From IMG/VR virus record IMGVR_UViG_3300023109_000007, positions 64,001 through 128,000 of that record: a DNA stretch of 64,000 bases; one strand, given 5' to 3'. The position numbers were made by a program, and so were the translations under genes. This DNA is from a virus. The notes under the pieces were generated by a model. That model was not told where the DNA came from, searched no databases, and saw only the letters and a program-made list of their open reading frames with translations. Below are positions 37,261 through 48,700 of the stretch, piece by piece. Each line of letters opens with the position of its first letter. Positions within the stretch are counted from its first letter, which is position 1.

Positions 37261-37268
37261 TATAAATA
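37261..37268 (+). promoter_or_regulatory. T4 late promoter TATAAATA
   Basis: Exact consensus upstream of ATG 37287, with an AGGAG SD. Confidence 0.8.
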
Positions 37269-37286
37269 CATTGTATAGGAGTTAAT

Positions 37287-40200
37287 ATGTCACAGTCTGG
37301 TAGAATAAGTGGCGGCGTTCTAAGAGCCAACATTGAAATTAATGAAAATAATGCAGGAAAAGATTTTCTAAATTTTAAGAATTCTGGCGCAAGCACAGCA
37401 GTATTACACATAGATCCACTAACAAGTAGGATTGGTGTAAATATGGAAAACCCATCTCGTCCGTTAGAAGCTCCTGTTAAAATTCGTACTACGCATCTTG
37501 ATGCAGATACAATGTATTTGCCCAACTTTACTATCGACGGCAACATTACAAATAATATAGGCCCAACTACATACATTGGTGCTGCAACAAAAATTGTTAG
37601 TAGTAGTATTGCTGTTGCTGATCTAATAATAGATAATCAAGAAATTAGAAGTAGACTTACTGATAGTAATATTAATTTACAACCTGGTACTGGCGGTACA
37701 GTAAATGTATTCAATGATGTTAATGTATTTGGATCACTAAATGCAACAGGAAACATTTCACATGCAGGTAGCTTAATATTTGGTGATAATCTTGCTGAAG
37801 ACACAGTTTCATTTGACGTTGACATAAACAGTGATCTTATACCTGATGCTTCTAATACATATAATTTAGGAAGTCCAACTAAACGTTGGGGATCTGCTTA
37901 TATCAATTTACTTAATGGCAATGCAATCCAAGCAGGATCAATATCAACAAATATTGTAAACAGTGAATTACGTCCAGGAAATATATTTTATGTTTCAATA
38001 AACGGCGACGATACTAATGTAGGTGATCATCCTCAAGGTCCATTTAGAACATTAACTCGTGCATTACAAGCAGCAGACTCAAGTGCAGGCGGACCGGTTA
38101 ATATAAAAATAACACCTGGAGAATACCAAGAGCAATTACCATTAATAATTCCTCCTAATACTACAGTTGCAGGCGCTGACTTAAGAAATTGTATAATATC
38201 GCCAGCAGCAGGATACACTGATAAAGATGTATTCTTACTTGACGATAGTACAGGGGTAGAAAATTTAACTATCAAAGATTTCTTTTATAATAGCGGAAAT
38301 AACACCGGACATGCCTTTAGATTTAGAAACGGCGGCGCAGTTACTACTAGATCTCCGTATGTTAGGAATTGTACAGTAATTACAGCAGGTAGTGTTACGT
38401 CAGTTAGTGATCCAAGAGGTTACGATCAAGGCGATGCAGGACGCGGTGCATACATTGATGGTGCTGAATTAGATAATGCAAGTATAAATGCTGCATTATT
38501 GTTTCATGCTGCAACATTTATTACTCCAGGAGTCGATGCTGTAACAATGACAAACGGCTGTAGAGTCGAATGGTTAAACTCATTTACTTACTTTGCAGCA
38601 AAAGGATTACGAGCAGTTAGAGGTTCAACAGGTAGAACTAGTACAGATGGTAGCACAGTTGAATACGGAGCAGAAGTAAGAGCAATTGGTTCTGCAAACG
38701 TATACGGCGGCATTGGTGCTGAAGCAGACGGTGATGGTACAATAATGTATCTTATTAATCATAACTTTGCATACATCGGTGTTGGTAAAGATATTACAAA
38801 TGATGCTACACTTGTTGATTCGTCTCAAGTAGCATTACAGCTTAATACTGGTAAGATATTCTATAGTGCTACAGATCAAGTAGGTAAATTTAATGTTGGT
38901 GATGATTTCTTTGTAGATTTAGACAAAGGTATTACAAATATTGACACTTCAAATGTGAATTTTGATGGATTAAATAGCCTTGCTATACAAGGAACCAATA
39001 GTAGAACATTATTAAGTTCAGAAGCTGTAGATACCGGCAATTTAAGACTTGCTGGTAACACATTATTTTCGTTATCAGGCGATGTAAATATTACTGCGGC
39101 AACATCAACAACTAATTTACAAAATAATGTAAGTATGAAAAAAGACTTGTCAATGACAGGCGACTTTACTATTGACGGGTCATTAATAACTTTTGGTAAT
39201 CAGTTTCAAGACACAGTTACATTTAATGTAGACATTGATCAAAATCTTAATCCTGATAACACACAAGAACATATATTAGGATCTTCTAGTTACAGATGGA
39301 ATGTTGCATACCTAAGTAAAGCAGAATTAGATGGTATACAAATTTTTGATAACCAAATAACTACTAAAGATACTAATGCAAATTTAGAACTTCTTAGCAA
39401 CGGCGGATCAGGAGTTGTATCGTTGGAAAACGTTACATTTAGAGACAATGTTATTAGTACGTATGCCGGAGATCTAAATTTAAATATCACAACTGATTTC
39501 CTTGATATACAAAGTGAAAAATTTGTACTATCTAATGGTACAACAGCTCAACAAATTAGCAATCAGTCTGCGTTAAGATTTAACACACAAACAGGATTGT
39601 TTGAAGGATACGGCGATGGTAGGATTACATTCGGAGGCGTATACTCAGATAACCAAAGAACAAAAGTAGTTGCACACAAAACAAATAATACTTTAAACTT
39701 CTATGTTAATAATATAGAAGTTGGCGAAGTTAATGCAATGGGTTTAGAAATAAACGGATTACAAAGTGACGGAATATTAATTAACGATAACGTAATTACT
39801 ACTAACGAAACTAATGCAAATTTAGAACTACGCAGAACAACAAACGAAACTATACGATTAAATGATCAAGAATATATTAGAGATAATATAATTACAAATA
39901 ATAATCCTGCTGGGGCAATGATATTAGGTACTACAGGTAACGGATTTATAAAGTTTGTAGGTACTACAGGTACGTTCCTTAGTACAAGTGGTCAAGTTTC
40001 AATAGATGATATATCAGCAGTAAGTATTGCTACAAATACTGTTACTGGATCTAATATTTTTGCAACAACAGCTGGTGGTGTAAGTATACAATCTGCAGGA
40101 ACCGGAGTAGGTGATAATGGAGGGTTTGCAACTAACACACACTATCTATTTACAAGTACATCTAATACTAGCATAGAAACAAGCGAACTTGATCTTACTA

Positions 40201-41108
40201 ACTTTAGCGGAGCTTCTTTAGAAGGTAAAGTTATTGTTGGCACAGGATCAAATGGTAGACAGCGTCCAGAAAATTTAGAAACATTGTTGTTCCAATGGTC
40301 AGATGATAACACAAATTGGCAAACTATAGGAACTATTGCATCAGGAGCAACAGCAGCAGAACAAGCTGATTGGTCTGACTTTGAAGTTAGAGTACCATTA
40401 GACGTATTTGGACTTGCTATTCCTGCTGCAAATGGATCTATAACAACATCTGAAATTGGAAGTTCGTCAAATGCAAGCAATCAAACCTTTAGATTAAATA
40501 TTGAAGACTTGTTAGGATTTGAACCTGATAATGCAACTATTACTTCAATTGAGTTTAGAGGTGACTTTGGTGATAATACAGAATATGTTGATGTAACAAT
40601 TAACGGTGTAACATATAGAATAGGCGAAACAGAAGATGCAGGTGACAGTGCAGTATTTTTGCCAAGCACCAACGGAACAAATATTGATATAACTAGTTTG
40701 CTTAATGAAGTAGATTTTCAAACAGGATTTGAAGTTAGTGTAAATCCGTCTAGCGATATTAGTTTTGATACTGTAGGTATTGGAGACTGGTGGCAACTAC
40801 GATTTAATATTGATGCAACAAGAGATGAAGTAAGCACAGATATCTCACAAATTAAATTTAGATTGTTTGAAAATGTTACATCATTAGATGATGGTGATAA
40901 TTTTGGGGTTACTGATTTATCACTTAGATATTCTACTGATGAAAGTGTTAGTCCTGAAATTGGTGCAATAAGATTTAATATAGGTTCTAAGCAACAAGAA
41001 GTATACAATGGTACAATATGGATACCAGGTACTGGTCAAGAAGAAGATCCTGTAACTAATGAAGTTATGGAAGATCTTAGTAACGAATGGACGTTAATCC
41101 TAGGCTAA
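37287..41108 (+). CDS. Large tail fibre/spike with beta-helix and reelin-like domains
   Basis: GRISG N-terminus, FYVSING.D...PFRTL...PGEYQE...GADLR pectin-lyase-like cap, and RSPYVRNCT; paralogue of 41254. Confidence 0.7.
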   Translation: MSQSGRISGGVLRANIEINENNAGKDFLNFKNSGASTAVLHIDPLTSRIGVNMENPSRPLEAPVKIRTTHLDADTMYLPNFTIDGNITNNIGPTTYIGAATKIVSSSIAVADLIIDNQEIRSRLTDSNINLQPGTGGTVNVFNDVNVFGSLNATGNISHAGSLIFGDNLAEDTVSFDVDINSDLIPDASNTYNLGSPTKRWGSAYINLLNGNAIQAGSISTNIVNSELRPGNIFYVSINGDDTNVGDHPQGPFRTLTRALQAADSSAGGPVNIKITPGEYQEQLPLIIPPNTTVAGADLRNCIISPAAGYTDKDVFLLDDSTGVENLTIKDFFYNSGNNTGHAFRFRNGGAVTTRSPYVRNCTVITAGSVTSVSDPRGYDQGDAGRGAYIDGAELDNASINAALLFHAATFITPGVDAVTMTNGCRVEWLNSFTYFAAKGLRAVRGSTGRTSTDGSTVEYGAEVRAIGSANVYGGIGAEADGDGTIMYLINHNFAYIGVGKDITNDATLVDSSQVALQLNTGKIFYSATDQVGKFNVGDDFFVDLDKGITNIDTSNVNFDGLNSLAIQGTNSRTLLSSEAVDTGNLRLAGNTLFSLSGDVNITAATSTTNLQNNVSMKKDLSMTGDFTIDGSLITFGNQFQDTVTFNVDIDQNLNPDNTQEHILGSSSYRWNVAYLSKAELDGIQIFDNQITTKDTNANLELLSNGGSGVVSLENVTFRDNVISTYAGDLNLNITTDFLDIQSEKFVLSNGTTAQQISNQSALRFNTQTGLFEGYGDGRITFGGVYSDNQRTKVVAHKTNNTLNFYVNNIEVGEVNAMGLEINGLQSDGILINDNVITTNETNANLELRRTTNETIRLNDQEYIRDNIITNNNPAGAMILGTTGNGFIKFVGTTGTFLSTSGQVSIDDISAVSIATNTVTGSNIFATTAGGVSIQSAGTGVGDNGGFATNTHYLFTSTSNTSIETSELDLTNFSGASLEGKVIVGTGSNGRQRPENLETLLFQWSDDNTNWQTIGTIASGATAAEQADWSDFEVRVPLDVFGLAIPAANGSITTSEIGSSSNASNQTFRLNIEDLLGFEPDNATITSIEFRGDFGDNTEYVDVTINGVTYRIGETEDAGDSAVFLPSTNGTNIDITSLLNEVDFQTGFEVSVNPSSDISFDTVGIGDWWQLRFNIDATRDEVSTDISQIKFRLFENVTSLDDGDNFGVTDLSLRYSTDESVSPEIGAIRFNIGSKQQEVYNGTIWIPGTGQEEDPVTNEVMEDLSNEWTLILG

Positions 41109-41130
41109 CGTAGCCCTTTTCTTTATTTTT
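41103..41130 (+). terminator. Possible intrinsic terminator over the stop codon
   Basis: GGCTA-ACG-TAGCC followed by CTTTTCTTTATTTTT. Confidence 0.5.
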
Positions 41131-41253
41131 GATAAATATTATTAATGCAACGTATGACCAATACTTGCAGGGACAAACTGTGGTTAGCCAGCAAAGAACC
41201 GTAAGGGTGAGAATTAGGCTAGAGGGACAGGATCCCCGTATTGAGGAGAAAAG
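41131..41253 (+). promoter_or_regulatory. Late promoter (GATAAATA) plus structured 5' leader
   Basis: CAATAC(41159-64)/GTATTG(41238-43) closes three internal hairpins and abuts the GAGGAG SD. Confidence 0.55.
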
Positions 41254-44200
41254 ATGGCTGTTGGTCGCATATCCGGTCCGCTCTTGAAGCAAAACTTACT
41301 TCGTGAAGGAGTAGACTTAGCTTTTGAGACTGACTTACTTTATCTAGATGTGAATAACAACCGCATCGGTATTAACAAAACAAATCCTCAATTCGATTTA
41401 GATGTTAATGGTATAGTACGCACCCCCACTGTTGAAGCAACAACATTCGCCGATATAAGCGGCGTTCAATTCTCTGGTGATACAATATCTACTACAAATA
41501 GCACACTTACAATCGGTACAGGCGACAATGTAGTATATCAAAACAGATTAGAAATTGATGACATTAATTTAGAAAATAATGTTATTAGTACAGACAATAC
41601 AAATGCAAATATAGAATTTAGACCAAACGGAACTGGTAGTGTCGAAGTACATTCTGACATGAACGTAACAGGTAACATATTTGCAACAGGAAATATTACA
41701 GCAGACGGCGAAATTACTATTGGTGATGCTGATACAGACTTCATTACATTTAATGCTGAAGTAAACAGTAATATTATACCAGACATAGATAACACATACA
41801 ACTTAGGTAGTGATCCTGATCTAGGAGGTAAGCAATGGGGTGATGTCTATGTGCAAAATTTCTTTGCAGGAACAGTTGATACAACTGGATTAATAGTTGA
41901 CGGCATAGATTTAAATCTACGCCCAGGCAATACAATCTTTGTTGCAGAAAATGGTGATGATGCTAGTTCAGGTGATCATCCACAAGCACCATATGCTAGT
42001 GTAGTACAAGCATTAACAACAGCAACAGCAGGTGATACTGTTTATATTATGCCTGGTGTTTATACAGAAGTGTTTCCACTTACAATACCTACAGGTGTAA
42101 ATGTACACGGACATAGTTTGAGAAGTGTTACAATACAACCAACTGCTGGTACAGTAACTAATGATGCGTTTATTCTAAATGGTGAAACTACAGTTGAAGA
42201 ATTAACAATTACAGGATTTAATTTTGATTCCGGCAACAACACAGGTTACGCATTTAAGTTTAATTCAACATTCCAAGTAAACAGCAGATCACCTTACATA
42301 AGAAATGTAAGTGTTATTACAACAGGTACAACAACTACAGCGGAAGATCCAAGAGGATTTAATACAGGTGATGCAGGTAAAGGCGCATACCTTGACGGAA
42401 GTTCAGCAACACCTGCAAGTAAAGAAGCAGCGTGTTTATTTCACGCTGTAACATTTATTACTCCTGGAGTTGACGCTGTTACATTTACAAATGGTGTTAG
42501 AATAGAATGGCTAAACTGCTTTACATATTTTGCTAATAGGGGCGTATACTGTGTTGACGGTACTGACGGAAAAGCAAGTGTCGGCAAAACAGCACTTCGT
42601 GTCAGTGATTTAACAGGAACAATTACACAAGGCGAAACTGTAACATATTATGATACAGACGGAGTAACAGTATTAGCAACAAGCACAGTCGAAAGTGTTG
42701 ATGCAGATAACAAATTTTATGTAAGTGGAAAAGTTACAGGATTTGAAACAGCTGAAGAACGCCCAGGAAAACAAGTCACAGCAAACGGTGACGCACAACT
42801 TGACACATCTATCAAAAAGTTTGGTACAGCAAGTTTACAAGTTGACGGCACTGGTGATTATGCAAGTATACAGCCACAAAATGATTTTGGTTTTGGAACT
42901 GGCGACTTTACAATTGAAACTTGGATTTATCTTCCTTCAACACCTGCAAGCAATAACGTATTAATAGATTTAAGAGCAGCACTCGATAGTGACGTTGCTC
43001 CAATGCTTAAGACAAGTAACGGATCTCTTTATTACTTTACTGACAATGCAAATAAGATTACAGCAGCAGGCGCAATATCAGCAACAACATGGCATCATAT
43101 TGCTTTAACACGTAACGGCACTGATACAAAATTATTTGTAGACGGAACACAAGCAGGCACAACTTACACTGATAATAATGATTACGGAACTGCTAAACCA
43201 TTAACAATTGGTGCAGCACATGATGCATCTGATGCAACAACAGGTCATTTTGATGATGTTAGAGTTATAAAAGGTACAGCAATATATACTGCAAACTTTA
43301 CTGCACCTACAGTAAATTTATATGCAACTCCTACTACAGTATTATTACTTAGATTTAACGGAGTTGATGAGTCTACAACTTTTGAAGATGAAGTAATTTA
43401 CGCACAAGATATTAGATTTAGTGGCGGTGCAACAGCAACTAGAATTACACTTGCAGATTACACAGATTTCGGCGCAGAAGTTAGAATGATTGGTAGTGCA
43501 AGTGTATATGGTAACTATGGTATTTGGGGCGACGGTCCAGGGGTTATTGTATATGCAATCGGACAAAACTTAGCATACATTGGTAACGGCAAAGAAGTTA
43601 CTAACGATGCAACAACAGTTATACAATCAAACGAAGTAGTTGAATTAAACAATGCAAAAGTAAGATACAACTCAGTTGACCATAAAGGCGACTTTAGAGT
43701 AGGCGACTTATTCTACGTTAACCAAGAAACTGGCGTAATAACATTTACAAGTTCTAACTTTAATGTATCTGCTGGACAAGGACTTACTTTCACAGATGGC
43801 GGCAACACTACATTTGTTGACGGCAATAGAATTGACACAGGTAATTTAAGACTTAGTGGTAATACATTAGAAAGCCTTTCAGGAGACGTTAACGTAACTT
43901 CTGCAAGTGATCAAATTAATTTAAACAATAATGTTAATATTACAGGAAACTTAGATGTTACTGGTAATGTTACAATTGGCGGCGATATTACAATTGGTGA
44001 TGAAGCATCTGACGCAATAGAATTTATAGCTGGCATAAACAGTGATATTGTTCCTGCACAAAACAGTACATATAGCTTAGGTACTCCTAGTAGAATTTGG
44101 AAAAATATTTGGGCTAACCAAGCAGAAATAGACGATATAAGAATCACACAAAATTATATTACTACTACAGCAACAAACGCTAACTTAGAATTAAGATCAA

Positions 44201-44985
44201 GCGGCACAGGTAGTATAGTAATTGATAACTTGACTGTAGACGATATTACAGTTTCAAGTACATCAGATATAAATTTAGCAGCAGCAAGCGGATATGTAAA
44301 AATACAAACTACTGGTGCTATAAAACTTCCAACAGGTACTACAGCAGAAAGACCAGCAGTTGAACCAGGCATTGTAAGATTTAATACACAGTTAAACAGA
44401 TTTGAAGGTTACGATGGCAGTGACTGGATACAACTAAATGGTGTTATTGATCTTGATGGTGATACACAAATTAGAGCTGAACAAACACAAGGTGCAAATG
44501 ACAATATTATAAGATTTGATATTGCAGGCACTACTGTAGCAGACCTTAATGGAACAAGATTAGCAGTTCCAAGGTTAACCGTAGATGACATCGAGATCGA
44601 CACTAATGTGATAACTACAGTTACAACAGATACAGATTTAGAACTAAAGGCACAAGGAACAGGCAGCGTATTATTAGAGAATTTTGCATTTGATGATAAC
44701 AAAATTACTAATACAGTTACTGATAGTATAACACAATTTGTTAGCACAGGTAACGGGTACGTAAAAATTGATGGCACCAACGGTGTTGTTATTCCGGTAG
44801 GTACAAACCTTAATAGACCGGCCCCAGCTTTCACAGAAGTTGGTATGTTAAGATTTAATACGTCAGATGGACGAGTTGAAGCATACGACGGATTGCAATG
44901 GGGGTCAGTTGCTGGACAAACAGGTGCTATTACAACAATTGACGCAGGTTTCTTAGCAGTAGAAACAGTTTTATACTTAGGATAA
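41254..44985 (+). CDS. Large tail fibre/spike with beta-helix and LamG/concanavalin-A-like domain
   Basis: MAVGRISGPLLKQNL; GDFTIETWIY...WHHIALTR...LFVDG...FDDVRV (LamG-like); two RP..G..RFN modules. Confidence 0.75.
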   Translation: MAVGRISGPLLKQNLLREGVDLAFETDLLYLDVNNNRIGINKTNPQFDLDVNGIVRTPTVEATTFADISGVQFSGDTISTTNSTLTIGTGDNVVYQNRLEIDDINLENNVISTDNTNANIEFRPNGTGSVEVHSDMNVTGNIFATGNITADGEITIGDADTDFITFNAEVNSNIIPDIDNTYNLGSDPDLGGKQWGDVYVQNFFAGTVDTTGLIVDGIDLNLRPGNTIFVAENGDDASSGDHPQAPYASVVQALTTATAGDTVYIMPGVYTEVFPLTIPTGVNVHGHSLRSVTIQPTAGTVTNDAFILNGETTVEELTITGFNFDSGNNTGYAFKFNSTFQVNSRSPYIRNVSVITTGTTTTAEDPRGFNTGDAGKGAYLDGSSATPASKEAACLFHAVTFITPGVDAVTFTNGVRIEWLNCFTYFANRGVYCVDGTDGKASVGKTALRVSDLTGTITQGETVTYYDTDGVTVLATSTVESVDADNKFYVSGKVTGFETAEERPGKQVTANGDAQLDTSIKKFGTASLQVDGTGDYASIQPQNDFGFGTGDFTIETWIYLPSTPASNNVLIDLRAALDSDVAPMLKTSNGSLYYFTDNANKITAAGAISATTWHHIALTRNGTDTKLFVDGTQAGTTYTDNNDYGTAKPLTIGAAHDASDATTGHFDDVRVIKGTAIYTANFTAPTVNLYATPTTVLLLRFNGVDESTTFEDEVIYAQDIRFSGGATATRITLADYTDFGAEVRMIGSASVYGNYGIWGDGPGVIVYAIGQNLAYIGNGKEVTNDATTVIQSNEVVELNNAKVRYNSVDHKGDFRVGDLFYVNQETGVITFTSSNFNVSAGQGLTFTDGGNTTFVDGNRIDTGNLRLSGNTLESLSGDVNVTSASDQINLNNNVNITGNLDVTGNVTIGGDITIGDEASDAIEFIAGINSDIVPAQNSTYSLGTPSRIWKNIWANQAEIDDIRITQNYITTTATNANLELRSSGTGSIVIDNLTVDDITVSSTSDINLAAASGYVKIQTTGAIKLPTGTTAERPAVEPGIVRFNTQLNRFEGYDGSDWIQLNGVIDLDGDTQIRAEQTQGANDNIIRFDIAGTTVADLNGTRLAVPRLTVDDIEIDTNVITTVTTDTDLELKAQGTGSVLLENFAFDDNKITNTVTDSITQFVSTGNGYVKIDGTNGVVIPVGTNLNRPAPAFTEVGMLRFNTSDGRVEAYDGLQWGSVAGQTGAITTIDAGFLAVETVLYLG

Positions 44986-44989
44986 CACA

Positions 44990-45319
44990 ATGGCAACATT
45001 TTTTAGAAATAACGTAATAAAAGAAATTGGCACAAAGCCTGTAGAAATTCTACAGACAACGCCAGCAAACAGGGCAACAGTGATTGGACTAAGTTTAACA
45101 AATTTAACTACTAGTTTTGTTTACTGTAGTGTATTAATACAGGATGATACTAGTGTTACTGGTTTCTACTTAAAAGAAACATTGTTGCCAGCAAACACAA
45201 GTTTGCGAGTAGTATCAACAGGTGAAAAATTAATTATTGCACCGTCAAACAAATTACTTGTACAAGCAAGTGTAAACGATTCAATTGATTGCGTATTAAG
45301 TTACGTAGAGATTACATAA
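44990..45319 (+). CDS. Small structural protein (paralogue of 36368 and 59844)
   Basis: TVIGLSLTN...LLPANTSL...EKLII...LSYVEIT. Confidence 0.65.
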   Translation: MATFFRNNVIKEIGTKPVEILQTTPANRATVIGLSLTNLTTSFVYCSVLIQDDTSVTGFYLKETLLPANTSLRVVSTGEKLIIAPSNKLLVQASVNDSIDCVLSYVEIT

Positions 45320-45329
45320 GGAAATAGAT

Positions 45330-45710
45330 ATGTCATATTATGTAGGTAACAATCCACAAGACGTAGTAAACGGAATTATTAAACGTTATTTCTACGGTAT
45401 GCGCAGAAACGATGACGGAGAACTATTTCTAGTTAGATCCGATCAGTTACAAGGCGGCGAAGAACAAACAGTTACAGTTAACGATCTTGGAACAGCAGAC
45501 GGAAACTTTCCAGACTTTGAAGAAGGTATTGATTTCTTAGACGGTATTGATGAAGATCATAACTTTCTTTATGAAAATTTAAGATATCCTCAAATTAAAT
45601 GGGATGGTAGATCAATATTGTACTACGTTGATCCAACAGATGGTCAACTTATATTAAGAATTAGTGAAGGATATGAGTATCCGCAAAATATTTCAGCAGA
45701 AGGATACTAA
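45330..45710 (+). CDS. Hypothetical structural protein
   Basis: 126 aa; RYFYGMRRNDDGELF...YPQIKWD. Confidence 0.65.
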   Translation: MSYYVGNNPQDVVNGIIKRYFYGMRRNDDGELFLVRSDQLQGGEEQTVTVNDLGTADGNFPDFEEGIDFLDGIDEDHNFLYENLRYPQIKWDGRSILYYVDPTDGQLILRISEGYEYPQNISAEGY

Positions 45711-45721
45711 GGGGTTTTTAA

Positions 45722-48700
45722 ATGGCAGAGTTTAATTTAGAAAGATTTAAGTATAACTGGACAGGTGAATGGACACCTTTCATAAGTTATAAAAGAGATG
45801 ACGTTGTAAGACATGGCGCAAAATCATATGTATGTGTTGTAACACACACAGCTGACGCAAACTTCTACGTTGATTTAGATTACATATTACCTAATTCAAA
45901 TCCACCGGTATCACAGCCAAAATGGAAAGTAATGACAGACGGTAAATCAACATTTGTTGGTGACTGGACAATTGGTAACGAGTACAGATTAGGTGATGTT
46001 ACATTATATTCAGGTACATTATATTATTGTGTAGTTGCGCATACTGCTGCTGAGTTTGGAGCTGAAATAACAAACTGGAGCGTGTTAGCAATAGGAAATA
46101 AATTTGTAGGATCTTGGGCTCCAACAACATATTACGGTCCAAATGCACTAGTAAAGTACAACGGTATTGTTTACAAGTGTTTAGTAGGACATTTAAGTCA
46201 AAGTGCTTTAATTGGTATTGAAGACGAATTTGGTGATGACTCGGCAGGTAAATGGGAAGTGTTCTTAGACGGTGTTGAATTTGTAGGAAATTATGCTGGC
46301 GGAACAAGGTATAGAAAAAATGATTTAGTTAAGTATGGTAGTTCTATTTGGAGATGTACAGTAGGACACAGTGGTGCTAACCCAATTGACAACAGATACT
46401 TTAATGTAGAATTTCCAGGACAAAACACAGAAGGCGATTGGAACGCAGATAATAGTTATCAAGAAGGGGATTTAGTAAGATCCGGTGGTAGCGTATACCT
46501 AGCTATTGCGTCTACAACAGGTGAAAAACCAGACTTTGTTGATTCAAGTTCGACTTGGTTAAAAGTTTCACACTCTAACAACTTTAGAGGCGACTGGGAC
46601 GCAACTGCAACTTATTCAACAGGTGATTTAGTACGTAGGGGTGGTGAATTATTTAGATGTGTAAGAAACACACTTAATGACGGTTCGACACTTGATTATT
46701 TAGACGATAACGATTGGGAACTTGTAGTTCCGTCACAAAATTGGAAAGGTCCTTGGACACAAGACACAACTTATGGTAGAGGCGATATTGTTAACTTCTT
46801 TGGTAACACATATTATGCTTCTCAGTCACACTTATCAACAGATAACAACTTTCCGGGCGATAACGGTAGTGGATTTAACTATTGGGACTTATTAGTACAG
46901 TCTGGTAACACAGTTGGTATGAACAATACAGGTGACTTACTAACTTATAATCTTTCACGTAGATTACAAGGTGACGGGTCAACATTTGATGTAACTAACG
47001 TACCTATCGGTGAACGTCAACAAGTACTAATGGTAGACGATAATGAAACATTAGGTTATGAATATTATTCTAAAGCATCAAACCAACTATATGTTTCACT
47101 TGACGGTATTGACGACGAAACTGATACTTTAAGAGGATCAATACATTTACCATTTAGAACAGTTAAGTATGCAGCTGAATATGCTGATAAAAACTTTAAT
47201 GGCGAGCTTTGTAAAATATTTATTAGTACAGGTAGATTTGAAGAAACCCTGCCTATTATTGTACCAAAGAATTGTGTAATTATGGGAGACGAACTTCGTT
47301 CAACAACAATTGCTGCAGGCTCACCTGATCCTGACTTAGCAGTCGATCTTTCTTACAGAAAAACAGTTATTGCTAGATTAAGAGCAATTATGCCAAATAT
47401 GCTGTCAGGAGGCGAATTTGAAAAAACTCCAGGCAATACATTTGATTTTGATAATACATTCCCTGCATCAGATTCTACAAACACTAATAACTTACAAGTG
47501 TTGCTTGATACATATGACGACTATTTAGACTTTTACATAGGAAGTATAGGTAATGTTGCAGATACTGAAGGTAACAACGGCGCCGACACGTCAACTGAAG
47601 TTGGTTATGCTCGCGATATTTTATTAAACAATAGAAACTTTATAATTGGCGAAGCAACAGCTACTATGGATAACTTTAGAGCAGATGTTACAAGTGCTAA
47701 TGGTTCAGAAGATTGGCTAATTGGTGCAACAGGTAACTTGACTGTAGGGTTACCTATCAAATTTGCAGATACAATTGGCGGCCTAGAAGCAAATGTACGT
47801 TACTATGTACACAGCATTGTAGATAATATTACTTTCAAAGTATCGAAGCGTGTAGGTGATGACCCAGTTGATTTAATAAGTGAAGTTAAAACAGTACAGC
47901 AATATTACGATTATAAAGCACAGCAAGTTACATTAGACATAAGTCTATTAATTGAAGCACTAAGATATGATTTATTATATCCAGGAAACTATAAAACAAA
48001 ACTAGCTGCAAGATATTACACAAATGATATTTTAGGTAGTAACTTAGAAGATATGTTCTACTTTAGAGATGCAACAGGCATGAGACAATGTACTATTGAA
48101 GGTCTTAAAGGTGTACTTAATCCTCCAGGAGTATTTGAATTTTACCAACGTCCGACAGCTGGTGCTTATGCATCACTAGATCCAGGTTGGGGACCAGAAG
48201 ATGAGCGTTGCTGGATTATGACTAGATCACCTTATATACAAGGTGTAACAACATTAGGTACAGCATGTATTGGTATGAAAGTTGACGGAGCATTACACAA
48301 CGGTGGTAATAAGTCAATGACAGCTAACGACTTTACACAAGTATTAAGTGATGGTATTGGAGCATGGATTGATAATAATGGTAGAGCAGAACTTGTGTCC
48401 GTATTTACATATTATAATCAAGTTGGATACTTAGCTACACAAGGCGGAGTTATACGTGCAACAAACGGTAACAACTCATATGGTAGATACGGAGCAGTAG
48501 CAGAAGGTATTGATCCAAACGAAATTTCTAAAACTGCAACAGTGTTTAACAGAAATCAAGACGCACAAGTAAGTGCAGTGTTCGCTGGCGAAGTTAGTGA
48601 CTTTATTCTTAACTTAGAATATAGCAACGCAGGTCAAAACTATACAAATGCTAATGTTGCATTTACTGGTTCAGGAGCACAAGCAAATGCTGTATTTGAA

